A DNA stretch of 64,000 bases from Octopus vulgaris (GCA_951406725.2 OX597836.1:12338001-12402000), one strand, 5' to 3'; numbered from the stretch's first letter, positions 13,607 to 28,944 are shown. The notes: a model not told the origin generated them from the letters alone. Numbers and translations: made by a program.

Positions 13607-13961
13607 CAATATATATATATGCATTATAGCTTAGTGGATTTTTTTCCTTTTTATAAGGACTGCCAAAGCATCTGATATGAAGAGAAGTTGTATTTAGACT
13701 AGCTACGTGGTCTGAATGCTTTCAACCTTGTGGAATACCAACAGTGGGCTACAAGAATCACGTAATATAGTTGGTGAAATTGGTACCAATATATGTATAT
13801 ATATCATCATCGTTTAACGTCCGCTTTTTATGCTAGCATGGGTTGGACGATTTGATTGAGGACTGGCAAACTAGATGGCTGCACCAGGCTCCAATCTTGA
13901 TCTGGCAGAGTTTCTTCAGCTGGATGCCCTTCCTAACGCCAACCACACACACATACATATG

Positions 13962-14017
<56 letters not shown>

Positions 14018-14136
14018 TGATGATGATGATGGCAAAGGATGTGGGGGTTAGGGTTATCACCGATCCAGTCTTGATTGTGTAGACTTAACATCAGTGGTGT
14101 TCCAGTTCGGACTGTCTCATCTATTCATATTATATA

Positions 14137-14370
14137 TATTTCTTTACTACCCACAAGGGGCTAAGCACAGAGGGGACAAACAAGGACAGACAAACGGATT
14201 AAGTCGATTACATCAACCCCGGTGCGTAACTGGTACTTTATTTATCGACCCCCGAAAGGATGAAAGGCAAAGTCGACCTCAGCGGAATTTGAACTCGGAA
14301 CGTATTGACAGACGAAATACGGCTACGCATTTCGCCCGGCATGCTAACGTTTCTGCCAGCTCGCCGCCTT
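14137..14370 (-). mobile_element. Meta-domain-type SINE (family C), full length
   Basis: Reverse complement reads GGCGGCGAGCTGGCAGAAACG...GAGTTCAAATTCC (B box)...GTCGACTTTGCCTTTCATCCTTTCGGGGGTCGATAAA (Meta-like domain). Confidence 0.85.
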
Positions 14371-14859
14371 ACCTATTAATATTGTATATTCAGGATTATG
14401 TGATTTGTGCGTACTTCCTTTTATTAAATTAGCAGTATGTGATTTGAGAGAAGTTGGCTGTTATGTCTAGCGACCCAGGTAAACTGCATAGAAGCTCTCT
14501 ATTTGCTGCTGCTGCAGACACTGTTTGTCAAGCCCTTACGTCTCTTAATTATGATCTCTGTCCCAACTACCACCACAAACAACCTCTCATCATTGGCTGC
14601 AACCACCAATGTCATAATCACCACCATCACCAGAAGTACAGACACCACCTCCGCAACCTCTGCTTCATTAATCATTATCACAGACACCATCGTCAACAAC
14701 TGTGCTACCAACACCACCACGACCACCACCGCCACACCACCTTCATCACTATACCTAATGAAACCAGGAAAACTTTTTCCTCTCTCTCCACATCATGTGA
14801 TATTGGTACCAGGTTGGGGCAGGTGTGTGTATGTGTGCATATGTGTGTTTGATTGCATG

Positions 14860-14890
<31 letters not shown>

Positions 14891-15188
14891 ATGTGTATTT
14901 AAGTGATTGTGCTTGTTTGTGTGTGTGTGTGTGTTTGTGTGTGTTTAACTGTGGAAGTGTGTTAGAATTTGTTTCAATGTGTGGGTGTGTGAGCTGGTGT
15001 TTACCTAGTCTTCTCCATATTTACAATCCATTATTTTCGGATAAATTATTTAACAAAAAAGAAAGAAGAAGAAAAAGCAAAACCAGAAGAAATTACATAA
15101 AGTATAAATTCATTTATGATTAAAAAAAGTTTCCATATCAACATCAGAATGAAGTTTGGCATACGCGTGCGCGCACACACACACACAT

Positions 15189-15219
<31 letters not shown>

Positions 15220-15413
15220 CGCATATATGTATCTGTGTAATCCAAGTACATGTGTATCTATCTGTTTATCTGTCTGTATATCTACCTATCTATCCATCCA
15301 TCTGTATATGTATATATGAACGTATATACAGGTGTGTATATATATGTATGTACATATGTATTTGTATGTATGTACACATGTATATATATATATGTATGTA
15401 TATATGTATGCAC

Positions 15414-15446
<33 letters not shown>

Positions 15447-15481
15447 CATCATTTAGCATCCGCCTTTCATGTTAGCATGGG

Positions 15482-15513
<32 letters not shown>

Positions 15514-16148
15514 TGTACATACATATATATGGATGGATATATATATATATATGTATACATGGAGATAGATATATATATATACACACACATATATGTGTAT
15601 GTATGTATGTATGTATCAATATCTGTATACATTATGTGTGTGTGTGTGTATATATATTATTTGTGTCTGTATTATATGCCTACATTCATGCACACGCGCA
15701 CGCACAGACACACACACACACACACACTCCTACCTGGAATGTGCATGCTCTTAGGAACATGCAACAGACATCTGTTGCTTGCCGTTTTCTTCCATCCCAT
15801 CCCATCCCGTCCCATCCCGTTCCATCATCGCATCCTCCAAAATGACTGCTGGGTAATTAGTGTGTTAACAGTTAATTCATTAACATCTTAATCTAATATA
15901 ACTTCCCAGGTATCCGTTCTTGATACGGATGGCGAGGGAGAAGACGACGAAGAAGAAGAAGAAGAAGATGGCAGCGTACAGCAACAACAACAACAACAAC
16001 AACAACAGCGGAAAGCTAGATTGAAAAGAAAAATAACACGAGTTCTTAATGGATATTAAACCATTAGTGTTATACGCTACCATACGTATTAGTAATGTTA
16101 TTGTTGCGAGTTTATTCAATATGAAATATATATATATGTATGTATATG

Positions 16149-16193
<45 letters not shown>

Positions 16194-16230
16194 ATATGTA
16201 TGTATATGTATGTATGTATATGTATGTATG

Positions 16231-16284
<54 letters not shown>

Positions 16285-16400
16285 TATGTATATATATATA
16301 TGTATGTATGTATATATATGTATATATATGTATATGTATATGTATGTATGTATATATATGTATATGTATATATATATATATGTATGTATGTATATATATG

Positions 16401-16432
<32 letters not shown>

Positions 16433-16886
16433 CATGAATATATATATATACATGTATATATGTATATATATATATATATGTATATATATGTATATATATA
16501 TATATATATATGTATATTTATATATAGCGAGTGCATTTAGTGAAGAAGAGGAGAGAGTAAGAAGTAGAGGAGATGGAAATATAAATCGCTGAAGGCTAGC
16601 TGTGAATGGGGATTATCTCGTGTGTGATTGCATGCGTGCGTGCATCTGTGTGTGTGTGTGTGTGTTGTAATGTAATCATGTTTTGTTTGATAATGTCGAA
16701 TGTATAATATGGTTTGGCTGTCTTTTGGCTGAAATTTTATTAACTTTACAAAACACCTATCTGTCTGTGTATCCATCTATCGTCTTTCTATCTGTCTGAT
16801 CATCTTTTTGCCCTTTTTTTATCTAACCATCTTTCTCTCTAGCTAGACATTTAGCTGTCTGTCTTATCTACTACAACAGAGCTGTT

Positions 16887-17245
16887 ATCTATCTATCTAT
16901 CTATCTATTTCTCTATCTACCTACCCACCTATCCATCCATCCATCCATTTATCTATCTACCTACCTACCTACCTATCCATCCATCTATCTATCTATTTAT
17001 GTGTCAGCCTAACTATTGTCTACCTGTCTATCTATGTATTTATCTACCTATCTATCTGTCTACCTACCTATTTATCTACCTACCTATCTATCTATCTATT
17101 TAATATCTATGTGTCTACTTATCTATCTATCTATTTATCCATTCAGCACACTATCTATCTATCTATCTATCTATCTGTCTATCTATCCCTCTGTCTAGCT
17201 TTCTATCTATAGATCTATTTATCTATCTATCGATCTATCTTTCTG

Positions 17246-17287
<42 letters not shown>

Positions 17288-17650
17288 GATCTATCTATCT
17301 ATCTATCTATCTTTCTGTCTATCTATCTATCTATCGATCTATCTATCTATCTATCTTTCTGTCTATCTATCTATCAATCTATCTACGATCCCTTTTGATC
17401 GAAACTCCCCCCCTTTCCTTTTTTTTTTTTTTTTTAAACCTTCAAAAGAAAAGCTCTACCTTGTAATTTGTTCTATCTGTGTGCAGCCCTGTGTGGCTAA
17501 TAAAGAAACATATCTATCTAGCTATCTATCTATCTATCTGTCTGTCTATCTATCCCTCTATCTATCTATCCATCTATCTATCGATCTACCTACCTATCTA
17601 TCTATCTATTTAGCTCACTATCTGTCTTTCTATCTATCTATCTATCTAAC
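16887..17650. repeat. (TATC)n/(GATA)n microsatellite field with an embedded retroposon 3' end (about 17385-17510)
   Basis: Tetranucleotide array. The embedded segment ends GCCCTGTGTGGCTAATAAAGAAA. Confidence 0.8.
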
Positions 17651-18002
17651 CACCTAGCTATTTCATAGCCATCTCCTTACCCTCCTCCTCTCTCTCTCTC
17701 TCTCCATCCAGTTCCTCCACCTCCACCACCATCATCCCCCTCCCCTACATCCCCCTCCACCATTTAAGTCCTAACACTGATTCAATAACAACTGAAATCT
17801 ACAATGATTTATTAATATTTCAGTGGTTTTGTTTTTGCTTTTTATCTTTATTGCATTATCGTTTGATTTTCCTTCCTCCCTCTCTCTCTCTCTCTTTCGC
17901 TCTCTCTCTCACTCTCTTTTTTTTACCTTCTCACTCTCTAAAAGCTTCTACTTAAATGCATTGATATCCAAATATATTTGTGTGTGTGTCTGTATGTATA
18001 TA

Positions 18003-18068
<66 letters not shown>

Positions 18069-18228
18069 TATATATATTATACATATAGACACACACACAC
18101 ACACACATATATATTGACACATACACTATATATATACACACACACACACACAGACGTATATATATTATATATATAGACACACACACATATATATCAACAC
18201 ATACACATGTATATATACACACTCATAT

Positions 18229-18264
<36 letters not shown>

Positions 18265-18285
18265 CAGATAAAATATATGTGTATG

Positions 18286-18352
<67 letters not shown>

Positions 18353-18506
18353 TTATGTATGTATTTGTGTATATATGTATGTATAGCTTGCTATGTAGAT
18401 AAATAAATATGAAGATATATTGACATTTGTAAATACACATACAACAGTTCACTTACATTCACACATACATTCATACATGTAACCACACAAACACACACAC
18501 ACACAA

Positions 18507-18552
<46 letters not shown>

Positions 18553-18939
18553 ACACAGATGTACACCTATCGCCGTACCAATCAAAGACGCAGACCATAT
18601 GACTTTGAAGAGACTAAGCATAATTTTATTGTTGAGCATCTGAATTCTTGTCAACTATATTATTGTCACTAATACTCGTTTGTTTGGCTCTGATTTCAAA
18701 TAATAATAAATCTTCTATTGATTTCTGGGGGTTTTTTTTTTTGTCTTTTTTTCCTTCCAACACCATATGCTGACTGTACTGCCACCCCGCCCACCCCCTA
18801 CCACCACCATCATCCCTGTTGCACACACACGTGTGTACATAATTATGTGTGTGTATGTTGCTTTTTTATATGTGTGTGTGTAGAAATGTTTATCTAATTA
18901 TATATTTTATTAGATTCCGTGTTTCACAACGGCTTCTGC

Positions 18940-18991
<52 letters not shown>

Positions 18992-19604
18992 GTTGTTGTT
19001 ATTATTATTTCTTTTGGTATCAAAGATGAAAACCTTTAGGCTTTTTTTCCTTTTTTTTTTTCCTTTCTTTGGGTTTTGCAAAAAATCTTATTAAATCTTA
19101 TTCTTGCCATTTTTAAAATATAAATTTTGGCTGTTTTCCCTCAAAGTCTACGTAGAATTTCTTGTGACTATGCATTTACATATACATACATATATATAAA
19201 CATATATATATGTACATACATACACACACACACGTGTGAGTGAAAAGACAATAGAGTTTACTACTCAACACATTTGGCAGGAATTATTTATATTCTTTAT
19301 AACAGTTTGATTCAGCATGGCTATCTCTTCAGATGCAAGGGCCAGCTCTGTTGATTCAAACTGTTTTATATATATATATATATGTATACACACACACACA
19401 CTTCATACATACATATGTTGTCATGATTATCATTTAATATCTATTTTCCATGCTGGCGTGAGTTGGACAGTTTCACAGAAGCTGGCAAGGCTGGAGAGCT
19501 GCACCAGGCTTCAGTGTCTGTTTAAGCATGGTTTTTACAACTGGATGCCCTTTCCAATGCCAACTGCCCGACACAGAGGACTGACTATTTTTTTTTACAT
19601 ATAC

Positions 19605-19651
<47 letters not shown>

Positions 19652-19654
19652 TCA

Positions 19655-19985
19655 TCATCACCATCATCATCATTTAACATCCGTTGTCCATGCACTGGGC
19701 TGGCACGCTGGAAGGCTGTGCCAGGCTCCATTCTGATTTGGCATGGTTTTCTATGGCCAGATGCCCTTCCTAATGCCAACCACTCCGAGAGTGTATTGGG
19801 CGTTACTATGTGCCACCAGCACAGGTGCCATTTGCACAACACCAGTATCTTCCACAACTGCAATTTTGCTTGACTTGATGGGGGGGGGGTCTTCTCAAGC
19901 AGGACATATAATTCCAAAGGTCTTGGTCATTGCCTCCATGAGACCCAACACTCGAAAGGATCTCAGCCACCTTGCCTCCATGCAT
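19655..19985 (-). mobile_element. Family B retroposon with extended 5' region
   Basis: (CAT)n tail, family B core and an upstream TTGCCTCCATG repeat module. Confidence 0.75.
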
Positions 19986-20304
19986 CCCCATGATGGTCAT
20001 TTTTAGGCCAATTAAGCACACACTATTTATTTGGTCTTCACTTTGGATTTTAGTCATATCATTTTTAGTTTGTTTGTCTGTCAAAATTCTTCCATCACAC
20101 ATTCTGTAACCTCATCAGTGACTCTGTCCCTTGTGTCTCCTCTTGTCCTGCTTATTCCATCTTGTCCTTCTGTATTCTATATACATGTGCATATATATAT
20201 ATATATATATATATTTATTTATATTTCCTGAGCGCCATACTAATACAATTGTTTGTTTGTTTTCCACCTGCCTTCGTCTTTTGTCTATTTTCATAAAGCT
20301 TCCC

Positions 20305-20355
<51 letters not shown>

Positions 20356-20547
20356 CTCTGTGCTGATTGGTGATACAGTATGGGCAGATTTTCGAAAATG
20401 CAATGAATCTTTATACATTTATACAGTTAGGAAATTTTACAAATACACTTTTTCAAGAAGATATGATAAACCTATTATAATGGATAATACTACTTGTACT
20501 TTTCATATTTTTTATATTGTGACGTAATTCTTTGGACTAACAATGCT

Positions 20548-20644
20548 TGCGGCTGAAGAGAGCTTTAAACCATCTTTTATATCAATAATAAATACACTGA
20601 TGTAATAACGGATTGTTTATAAAGCTTGAAACACGTGTGCCATG
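20548..20644 (+). ncRNA. Type I hammerhead ribozyme-like motif (degenerate) in a Penelope-like remnant
   Basis: CTGAAGA 20553-20559, stem II GAGCTTTA/TAAAGCTT, GAAA 20628-20631, palindromic CACGTG, then TG (non-canonical cleavage base). Confidence 0.6.
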
Positions 20645-21803
20645 ATATCCTTTGTGTTCTGTTTTTAATTTATATTTGATATATATATATAATGACAGTT
20701 TAACACTCTTCTTGCTCAGCTCTCTTTGCCTTTACTATTTCTCTTTCTTACTCCCTCCTTCCCTCCCTTTCTTGCTCTCCCTGTATCTCTTTCTCTCTTT
20801 CCTTTCCTCGCTCCCCACTTCCTCTAAGACAGAAGGTCAAAGGTTTGAAACATTGACCCCTTTACTCCTCTATGATTGATCTTTCCTGTTGATCATTTGG
20901 TGCCTTCCCCTCTCCACTCCGTCACCAGTTATCTGCCCTTTGTGGCTAGAGTTACCATCCCTTTATATTACTGTCTACCCACCCTCCCACCTCTCCCTCT
21001 CTCTCATCCTCCTACCACAGTCTATTATTTCTCTCTAATCGCTACTCTCTGATTGACTACCAGGTTCCCTTATTTGACCCCTCCAACTCTATCCTTCATT
21101 ATCCTGTCCTAACCCTCTCAACTATGCTTTCTATTAGGGGTTCATTTGTCTTTCTCACTGCACTGTACACCCACCATTACCACCACTACCACCTACACGT
21201 GTGTTTGTGTACTGCGAGGTCTGTGTTTACTTTTGTTAGTGTGTGTGTGCGTGTATGTCTTGGTGCACTTATATGCAAGTATGTGTGATATGTCATACGT
21301 GTATGTATGTATGTATATGTCTTAGAGTGTGCTTCTCCTACGCATTTATGTATTTCTACAAATGATCCTATATATATGTATATATGTCTTTGTGTGTGTG
21401 TATGAATATACATATATATTATATGTGTGTGTGTGTATATATATATATAAATACATTTATATATATCAATGTGTATGTATAAGTATGTTTATATATGTGT
21501 ATATATAAATATGTATATATATGTGTATATATATGTATATGTATGTATATATATGTGTATATATATATGTATAAGTATATATATATACGTGTGAATATGT
21601 ATATAATTGTATATATATGTATGTGTATGTATATATATGTGTATAGTTATATATATGCACACTCAAACACGCCAAGAGAAAGAGAGAGAGAGGTGTTCTT
21701 GTGTATGCATTACACACACACACACACATATATATATATTTATATTCAGAGAGAGAGAGAGAGACCATTATGTATGTGCGTTGACCACCATGTGTATGTG
21801 TAG

Positions 21804-21834
<31 letters not shown>

Positions 21835-21930
21835 CATGTATACATATATGTGTGTGTGTATATATATATACCTATATATATATATATATATATATATAGG
21901 TATATATATATACCTATATATATATATATA

Positions 21931-21966
<36 letters not shown>

Positions 21967-22378
21967 GAAAGGTAGATGAATGATTTCTCTTTTTCGTTTT
22001 GTTTTCTTGTCAGGTTAATATACAAAAGCAATTTAACATCCCCCGACTAAAAGATTACTCAATATTTTCTCCTACAGTACATATTTATTATAGCTTTACA
22101 AGCAAAAGAGGTTGACAGTCTGAGGAAGGCCAGCCGCCCCCCCTCCCCTGCATAACTTCGAAGTCACTGTCAACCACTACCTCATAAAAGTTAATTAATA
22201 CACACACACATATGTATATATATATATATATATATATATCTGTGCATGTGCGTATATGCAAACGTGTGTGTATGCTGTGTGTGTGTTTGTGTGTGTTTTG
22301 ATATATATATGAAGTGTGTAGATGTATGAGGCGGTTTATGTACTCTTCTGTGAAGTGTCGATGTGGATGTATATGTAT

Positions 22379-22412
<34 letters not shown>

Positions 22413-22489
22413 CGTCAGCAGCATTATCCTTTAACATCTGTTTTCTGTGGTGATATGGCTTGGGCAGTTTAACTCTGTGTGTGTGCATG

Positions 22490-22790
22490 TATATATGTGT
22501 GTATGTGTGTGTGTGAATGTATATATGTGTGTATATGTGCTTGTGTGTGTGTGTGTGAATGTATATATGTGTGTATATGTGCTTGTGTGTGTGAATGTAT
22601 ATATGTGTGTATATGTGCTTATGTGTGTGTGAATGTATATATGTGTGTATATGTGCTTATGTGGGTGTGTGTGAATGTATATATGTGAGTATATGTGCTT
22701 GTGTGTGTGTGAATGTATATATGTGTGTATATGTGCTTGTGTGTGTGTGTGTGTATGTGAATGTATATATGTGCTTATGTGTATATGTGT
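22490..22790. repeat. ~30-36-bp minisatellite built from microsatellite blocks
   Basis: Unit (GT)nGAATGTATATATGTGTGTATATGTGCTT repeated about 8 times. Confidence 0.85.
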
Positions 22791-22833
22791 GTGTGTGTAT
22801 ATACACATGTATATATGCGTGTATGTATATGTC

Positions 22834-22867
<34 letters not shown>

Positions 22868-23504
22868 AATGTATATATATATATGTGTGTTTGTGTGTGT
22901 GCTTGTGTACATGTGTGTATGTGTATATATGCATATATACGGGTGTATATGTGTTTGTATATATACTTGTGTGTATGTGTGTGTGTGTATACATATGTAT
23001 GTGCGAGTATATATATATATATGTGTATGTGTGTTGTGTATGTACGAAGGCTAAAGCTTTCTGTAAGTGTTAAACAAAAAGAATTTTCTATTATGTACAT
23101 TTACGCGCGCGTGTGTGTGTGTGTGTGTGTGTGGTGGATGGCTTATCTATAACCTTCTCCCCCACCCTAACCCTGCCGCCCTCCCCACCATGCCCATCAT
23201 TCCTCCATTTCCTTGTCTGGTTAATGTTTTGTGGGTTTTTTTTTGGTTTTTGTCTTTCCATCTTCTATTTACCAATTCCAAATGTCTGTTAGACAGATAA
23301 ATAAAATGGTGAGATCTTCGAATCTACTTTGGCATTAATTTCACAATCTTCTTCTTCTTCTTCTTCATATTCTTCTTGTTCTTCTTAAGGTGCATCTTCG
23401 ACTACAACGCTTCTTCATAGATATATATATATATGGACACGAACATAGACGCACAGAGATAAGCGTGTGCACACACAGATACGTACTTACAGTTAAATAT
23501 ACAT

Positions 23505-23547
<43 letters not shown>

Positions 23548-23674
23548 TATATTCACTGATAAGTGAAGAGATGCACACACACACATACTTATACATATAT
23601 ATATGCACTTCAACACACATACTTCCTTGTGCATGCAAACACCTACACATACATACATGCATATATATATACAC

Positions 23675-23715
<41 letters not shown>

Positions 23716-24521
23716 TGCATATATATACATACATATATATATATATTCATGCATATATAATATATAGATATATATATATATATATATATACATACGTATA
23801 TATACATACATACGTATATATACATACATATATATACATACATACATATATACATGTATATATATATAAATACACGTGTATATATACATATATATATACA
23901 TGTATATATATATATACACACACATATATATACACGTATATATATACATATATACACACACACACACATACATACATACATACACACACATATATACACA
24001 CACACACATACATACATACATACACACACACATACATACATATATACACACACACACACATACATACATACATACACACACATATACACACACACACAGA
24101 CACACGCGCGTGCGTGTGTTTCAGTAACTCCATTTTCTTGTTATCGCAATGTTGAATCTTCAATCTTTTTTGTTTCTGTTATTTGTTTAGTCAGCTTTTG
24201 TCTTTCGTCCAGGTGAGTTATGAGTTACAGTTTATTGAACTTAGCCGTGCTGTTATTGTCTACATTACTACAACCACCACCACCACCACCACCACCATCG
24301 CCGCTGCCACCTCCACCATGGCTCTCCCCCGCCACCTACTCTCCTGCCTCTTTATCTTTTAATAAACTGTTTGTTTCTTTTTCTCTTTCCCACATTTTAG
24401 AGGAAATGCATTTAGTCAAACCACAACTACTGTTAATACTATTAGTAGTACTAGTATTATTATTATCATTATTATTATTATTATCATTATTGTTATCATC
24501 ATCATTATTATTATTAATATT

Positions 24522-24800
24522 ATGCCAGCATTGCCTTACTGGCACCTGTGCCGGTGGCATGTGTAAAAGATTCGAGCGTGGCTGTTGCTAGTACCGCCTG
24601 ACTATCCCCGTGCCGGTGGCATGTAATAGCACCCACTACACTCTTGGAGTGGTTGGCGTTAGGAAGGGCATCCAGCTGTAGAAACCTTGCCAGATCAGAT
24701 TGGAGCCTGATGCAGCCATTTGGTTCACCAGTCCTCGGTCAAAATCATCCAACCCATGCTAGCATGGAAAGCGGACGTTAAACGATGATGATGATGATGA
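24522..24800 (+). mobile_element. Family B retroposon
   Basis: Family B core and GGAAAGCGGACGTTAAAC(GAT)n tail. Confidence 0.85.
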
Positions 24801-24829
24801 TTAATATTATTATTATTATTATCATTATT

Positions 24830-25050
24830 AAGGTGATGAGCTGACAGAATCATTAACATGCCAAGCAAAATGTTTAGCAGTGTTTCATCTGTCTTCATAC
24901 TCTGAGTTCACATTCCGCCAAAGTCAACTTTGCCTTTACCCTTTCGGAGTTGATTAAATAAGTACCAGTTATGCACTGGGGTCGATGTAATCGACTTAGT
25001 CCCTTCCCCCAAATTTGAGTCCTTGTGCTTCCAGTAGAAAGGATTATTAT
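24830..25050 (+). mobile_element. Family C (Meta-type) SINE variant with (ATT)n tail
   Basis: GAGCTGACAGAATC head, Meta-like block, tail CCTTGTGCTTCCAGTAGAAAGG(ATT)n. Confidence 0.75.
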
Positions 25051-25589
25051 TATTATTATTATTATCATTATTATTATTATTGTTATTACTACTACTACTA
25101 CTACTACTAACCATTACTGGTACTAGTATAATTATTATTACTATTAGTGCTAAGCATAGCTTTGAGCATGGCTGTGTGGTAAAATGTTGTATTTCCAATG
25201 ATATTGTTATAGGTTCAGTCCCACTGTATGGCATCTTGGATAAGCATCTTTATAACTACAACTCTGGGCCGACCAAAGCCATCTGATTAGATTTGGTCAA
25301 TGCTCTGTGTGTGTGTGTGTGTGTGTGTTACTGTAACCTTACCTTGATTTCGTGTGTAAACGAGTGTCACTGTTGAGCAAGCGGTGTCCTTCATCTGTAG
25401 TCATCAGTGGAAACATGTCTGGTCATGGGACAGTGGTGGTGGGTGGGGTCACTATTACCTTATTTGTAAGCAAGTGAGGGTTGGCAACATGATGGTAGAA
25501 CATCCCCGACTGTGGAAAACCTGGCACAAAATCTGTCTGACCCATGCAATGAGGAATGGCAAAAGTGGACGTTGAAATGAAAATGACAA

Positions 25590-25996
25590 CTCTTTTACTC
25601 TTTTGCTTGTTTTGGTCATTTGCCTGTGGCCATGCTGGAGCACCGCCTTTAGTCGAGCAAATCGACCCCAGGACTTATTCTTTGGAAGCCTAGTACTTAT
25701 TCTATCGGCCTCTTTTGCCGAACCGCTAAGTTACGGGGACGTAAGCACACCAGCATCGGTTGTCAAGCGATGTTGGTGGGGACAAACACAGACACACAAA
25801 CATGTACGCATATATATATATATATACATATATACGATGGGCTTCTTTCAGTTTCCGTCTACCAAATCCACTCACAAGGCTTTGGTCGGCCCGAGGCTGT
25901 AGTAGAAGACTCTTACCCAAGGTGTCACGCAGTGGGACTGAACCCGGAACCATGTGGCTGGTAAGCAAGCTACTTACCACACAACCACTCCTGTGC
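25590..25996 (-). mobile_element. Family A SINE, full length
   Basis: Reverse complement of the 1120-1516 element. Confidence 0.9.
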
Positions 25997-28027
25997 GATG
26001 ATGATGATGATTATTATTATTATTATCATCATTATTATCATTATTATTGTTGTTGTTGCTGTTTACCTTCAATCTAACAACTCAGGAGATTAATTTTGCT
26101 TCAACAGAAAATATCAGCAAGTTTTTTTTTTTAATATCTATTGTTCTTCTATATATCATTCTTTACACTTTAGAACTAAGCTTGTTTGTGTTGCTGCTGC
26201 TGCTGCTACTACTACTACTACTACTACTGCTGCTGTTGGAGAGAGGCTTGTTGGAGAGAGGCTTTTTTTTTTCTTTTTTCCAAATTTTTAGTTTTCTTCG
26301 CCAATCATATTTCTAAACTGTTGATAGTATCGTGTGTGTCTTTTACTTTGCTTTTAATTAACGTAGATTTCGTTAAACAATAACGACAATGATGATGATG
26401 ATCATCATCATCATTATCATTATCATCATCACTATCATCACCACCACCACCGCCCTCACCATTTTAACCATCATCATCATAATAACATTGACAAACAACA
26501 GCAATAATTACCATCATCATCATCATCATCATCAAGACTATAATGACATCGACAACAACAGCAACAACAATAATAATGATAACAATAATTAAAAACGAAA
26601 TCATTATGAATATGAAAAGGATTTTCTTTGTTTGTTTTTTGTTTTGTTTTTTTATTTTTGTTTTTGTTTTTTTGCTTTGTTAGGAATTTTCTTGGAGTTG
26701 ATTAAATTTCGTCGTGGAAATTTAACGAGATTTATAATTTTCGATATCAAAGTCAGATAGGTGGTGTATATTTTCATTCTCTTCATAATAGTGAATACGA
26801 AAATAACATGCTAAAACCTCAAACTTTCGGTAATTTTCAATAGTTTATTTAATTTTAATTTTTTTCTGTTTTTTTTTTTCACCTTAGTATCTATTGTAAA
26901 TATCAAACCTTCGATAATTTTAGTAATTTTTTTGTTTGTTAATTACAAATTTTTTTTTTCGTGGTTTTACTTCGTTAATAACTAAAGTGGATTAATTGTT
27001 GTAATGTTGTTAAGGTGTTGGAATTACTAAACACTTCGTTATAATACTTGTTCGTAATTATTTGAACACCTGATGCAGGTATGGTTATGTAGTGAGGCAG
27101 CTTACTTCCCAAGCATCAGGTGTTGGGTTCTATCCCTCGGTACAAGCTTTTTTACTGTAGTCTCGGGCCAACGAAAGCCTTGCTAGTAGATTAGGTAGAC
27201 GGAAACTGTGTGGAAGCCTGCCATATGTTTGTCTCTCAATCTAAGCCATTCGTACTGAAGTTACATCTCTTGTCATTCGATGATGGTGATTCAGTTGTTT
27301 GATCTCAACTGAGTTACCTGCTCCTGACTTAACGAGTAAGTGGTTGAGTATTCCACAGACATGTATACCCTTGATGTAATTGTCAGGCTGAACCAGCTTG
27401 GCACAATGTGTGTGTGTGACAGGACTGTATACACCACGTGGTTATAATACTTGTTCTTAATTGCCCAAAAACATGTCTAAGGGCCTGGTTGTGTGGTTAA
27501 AAGACTTGCTTCCCATCCATGTGGTTTCAGGTTCTGTCCCACTGTGCAGCACATAACACAAGTGTTTTCCATTGTGATCTCAGTGCAACCAAAGCTTTGC
27601 TAGGGGATTAAGTGGATGGAAACTGTGTGGAAACCTGTTACATGTTTATCTCTCAACCTAGCCCAATCAATACAGTTGTCACCTACTCTCCCCTACATCT
27701 TGTAGTCATCACCCACTCCACACTTGTTCTTCCCTCATTATGTTCTCTCCTTCACCCTTTTCCTATTGCTCTCTCTCTCTCTCTCTCTCCCTGGAGAAAG
27801 CAAAGTCTTCAGTGTGAGTATGTGGTTTGTGGGGTCAACCGCGTCCTCCGCTTCATTTTTTGTTAATCACTTATTCTCATTTAATTGTATATATTTTAAT
27901 TGTTTGTTTATTCATATGTTTCGTTTCGTCTCATTCGATACCCTGACCCCAACGTTTGTTTTGTCCCCTCTTTTTCTCCCCGTATTGTCCCCTCTTTTTC
28001 TCAACCTTATGGTGAATAAAGAAATAC

Positions 28028-28073
<46 letters not shown>

Positions 28074-28212
28074 GCATCTTCCTCCCTCCCACAGTATTCC
28101 TGGTCCTTCTTATCCTTTTGCCATTCACCTCTCCTCACCTCATACCTTGCACTGGGCTCCATGCAGCAGGAGCAAACTTGTGACTTCATCATCGCAAAGT
28201 AAACTTTCTTAA

Positions 28213-28630
28213 CCTATTTCTTTATTACCCACAAGGGGCTAAACACAGAGGGGACAAACAAGGAAAGACATAGGTATTAAGTCGAGTACATTGACCCCAG
28301 TGCGTAACTTGTACTTAATTTATCGACCCCGAAAGGATGAAAGGCAAAGTCGACCTCGGCGGAATTTGAACTCAGAACGTAACGGCAGACGAAATACCTA
28401 TTTCTTTATTACCCACAAGGGGCTAAACGCAGAGGGGACAAACAAGGAAAGACATAGGTATTAAGTCGATTACATCGACCCCAGTGCGTAACTGGTACTT
28501 AATTTATCGTCCCCGAAAGGATGAAAGGCAAAGTCGACCTCGGCGGAATTTGAACTCAGAACGTAAAGACAAACGGAATACGGCTAAGCATTTCGCCCGG
28601 CGTGCTAACGTTTCTGCCAGCTCGCCGCCG
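28213..28630 (-). mobile_element. Family C SINE tandem dimer
   Basis: Two head-to-tail, near-identical units starting CCTATTTCTTTATTACCCACAAGGGG (about 28213 and 28397). Only the second retains the full head. Confidence 0.9.
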
Positions 28631-28746
28631 TTTGGCCGTTCTGCCCAAACCTGGATGCATATCATTTCTTCTAAATTACTAAGTATATGGATACTAAATA
28701 AAGGATCAGTAGGTTTGCGAGAGAGAGAGAGAGAGAGAGACTAAAG

Positions 28747-28786
<40 letters not shown>

Positions 28787-28913
28787 TATGGTCGGAAGCA
28801 GAATATGATCTCTATGGTTTCCTAATCTTAGGAATCAATATTATATGGCTCTGTCTCCCGTCTCTTCTGCTTTCACACTGGACAGTGAAATGTGCAGTCC
28901 ATCTCTGTATACG

Positions 28914-28944
<31 letters not shown>

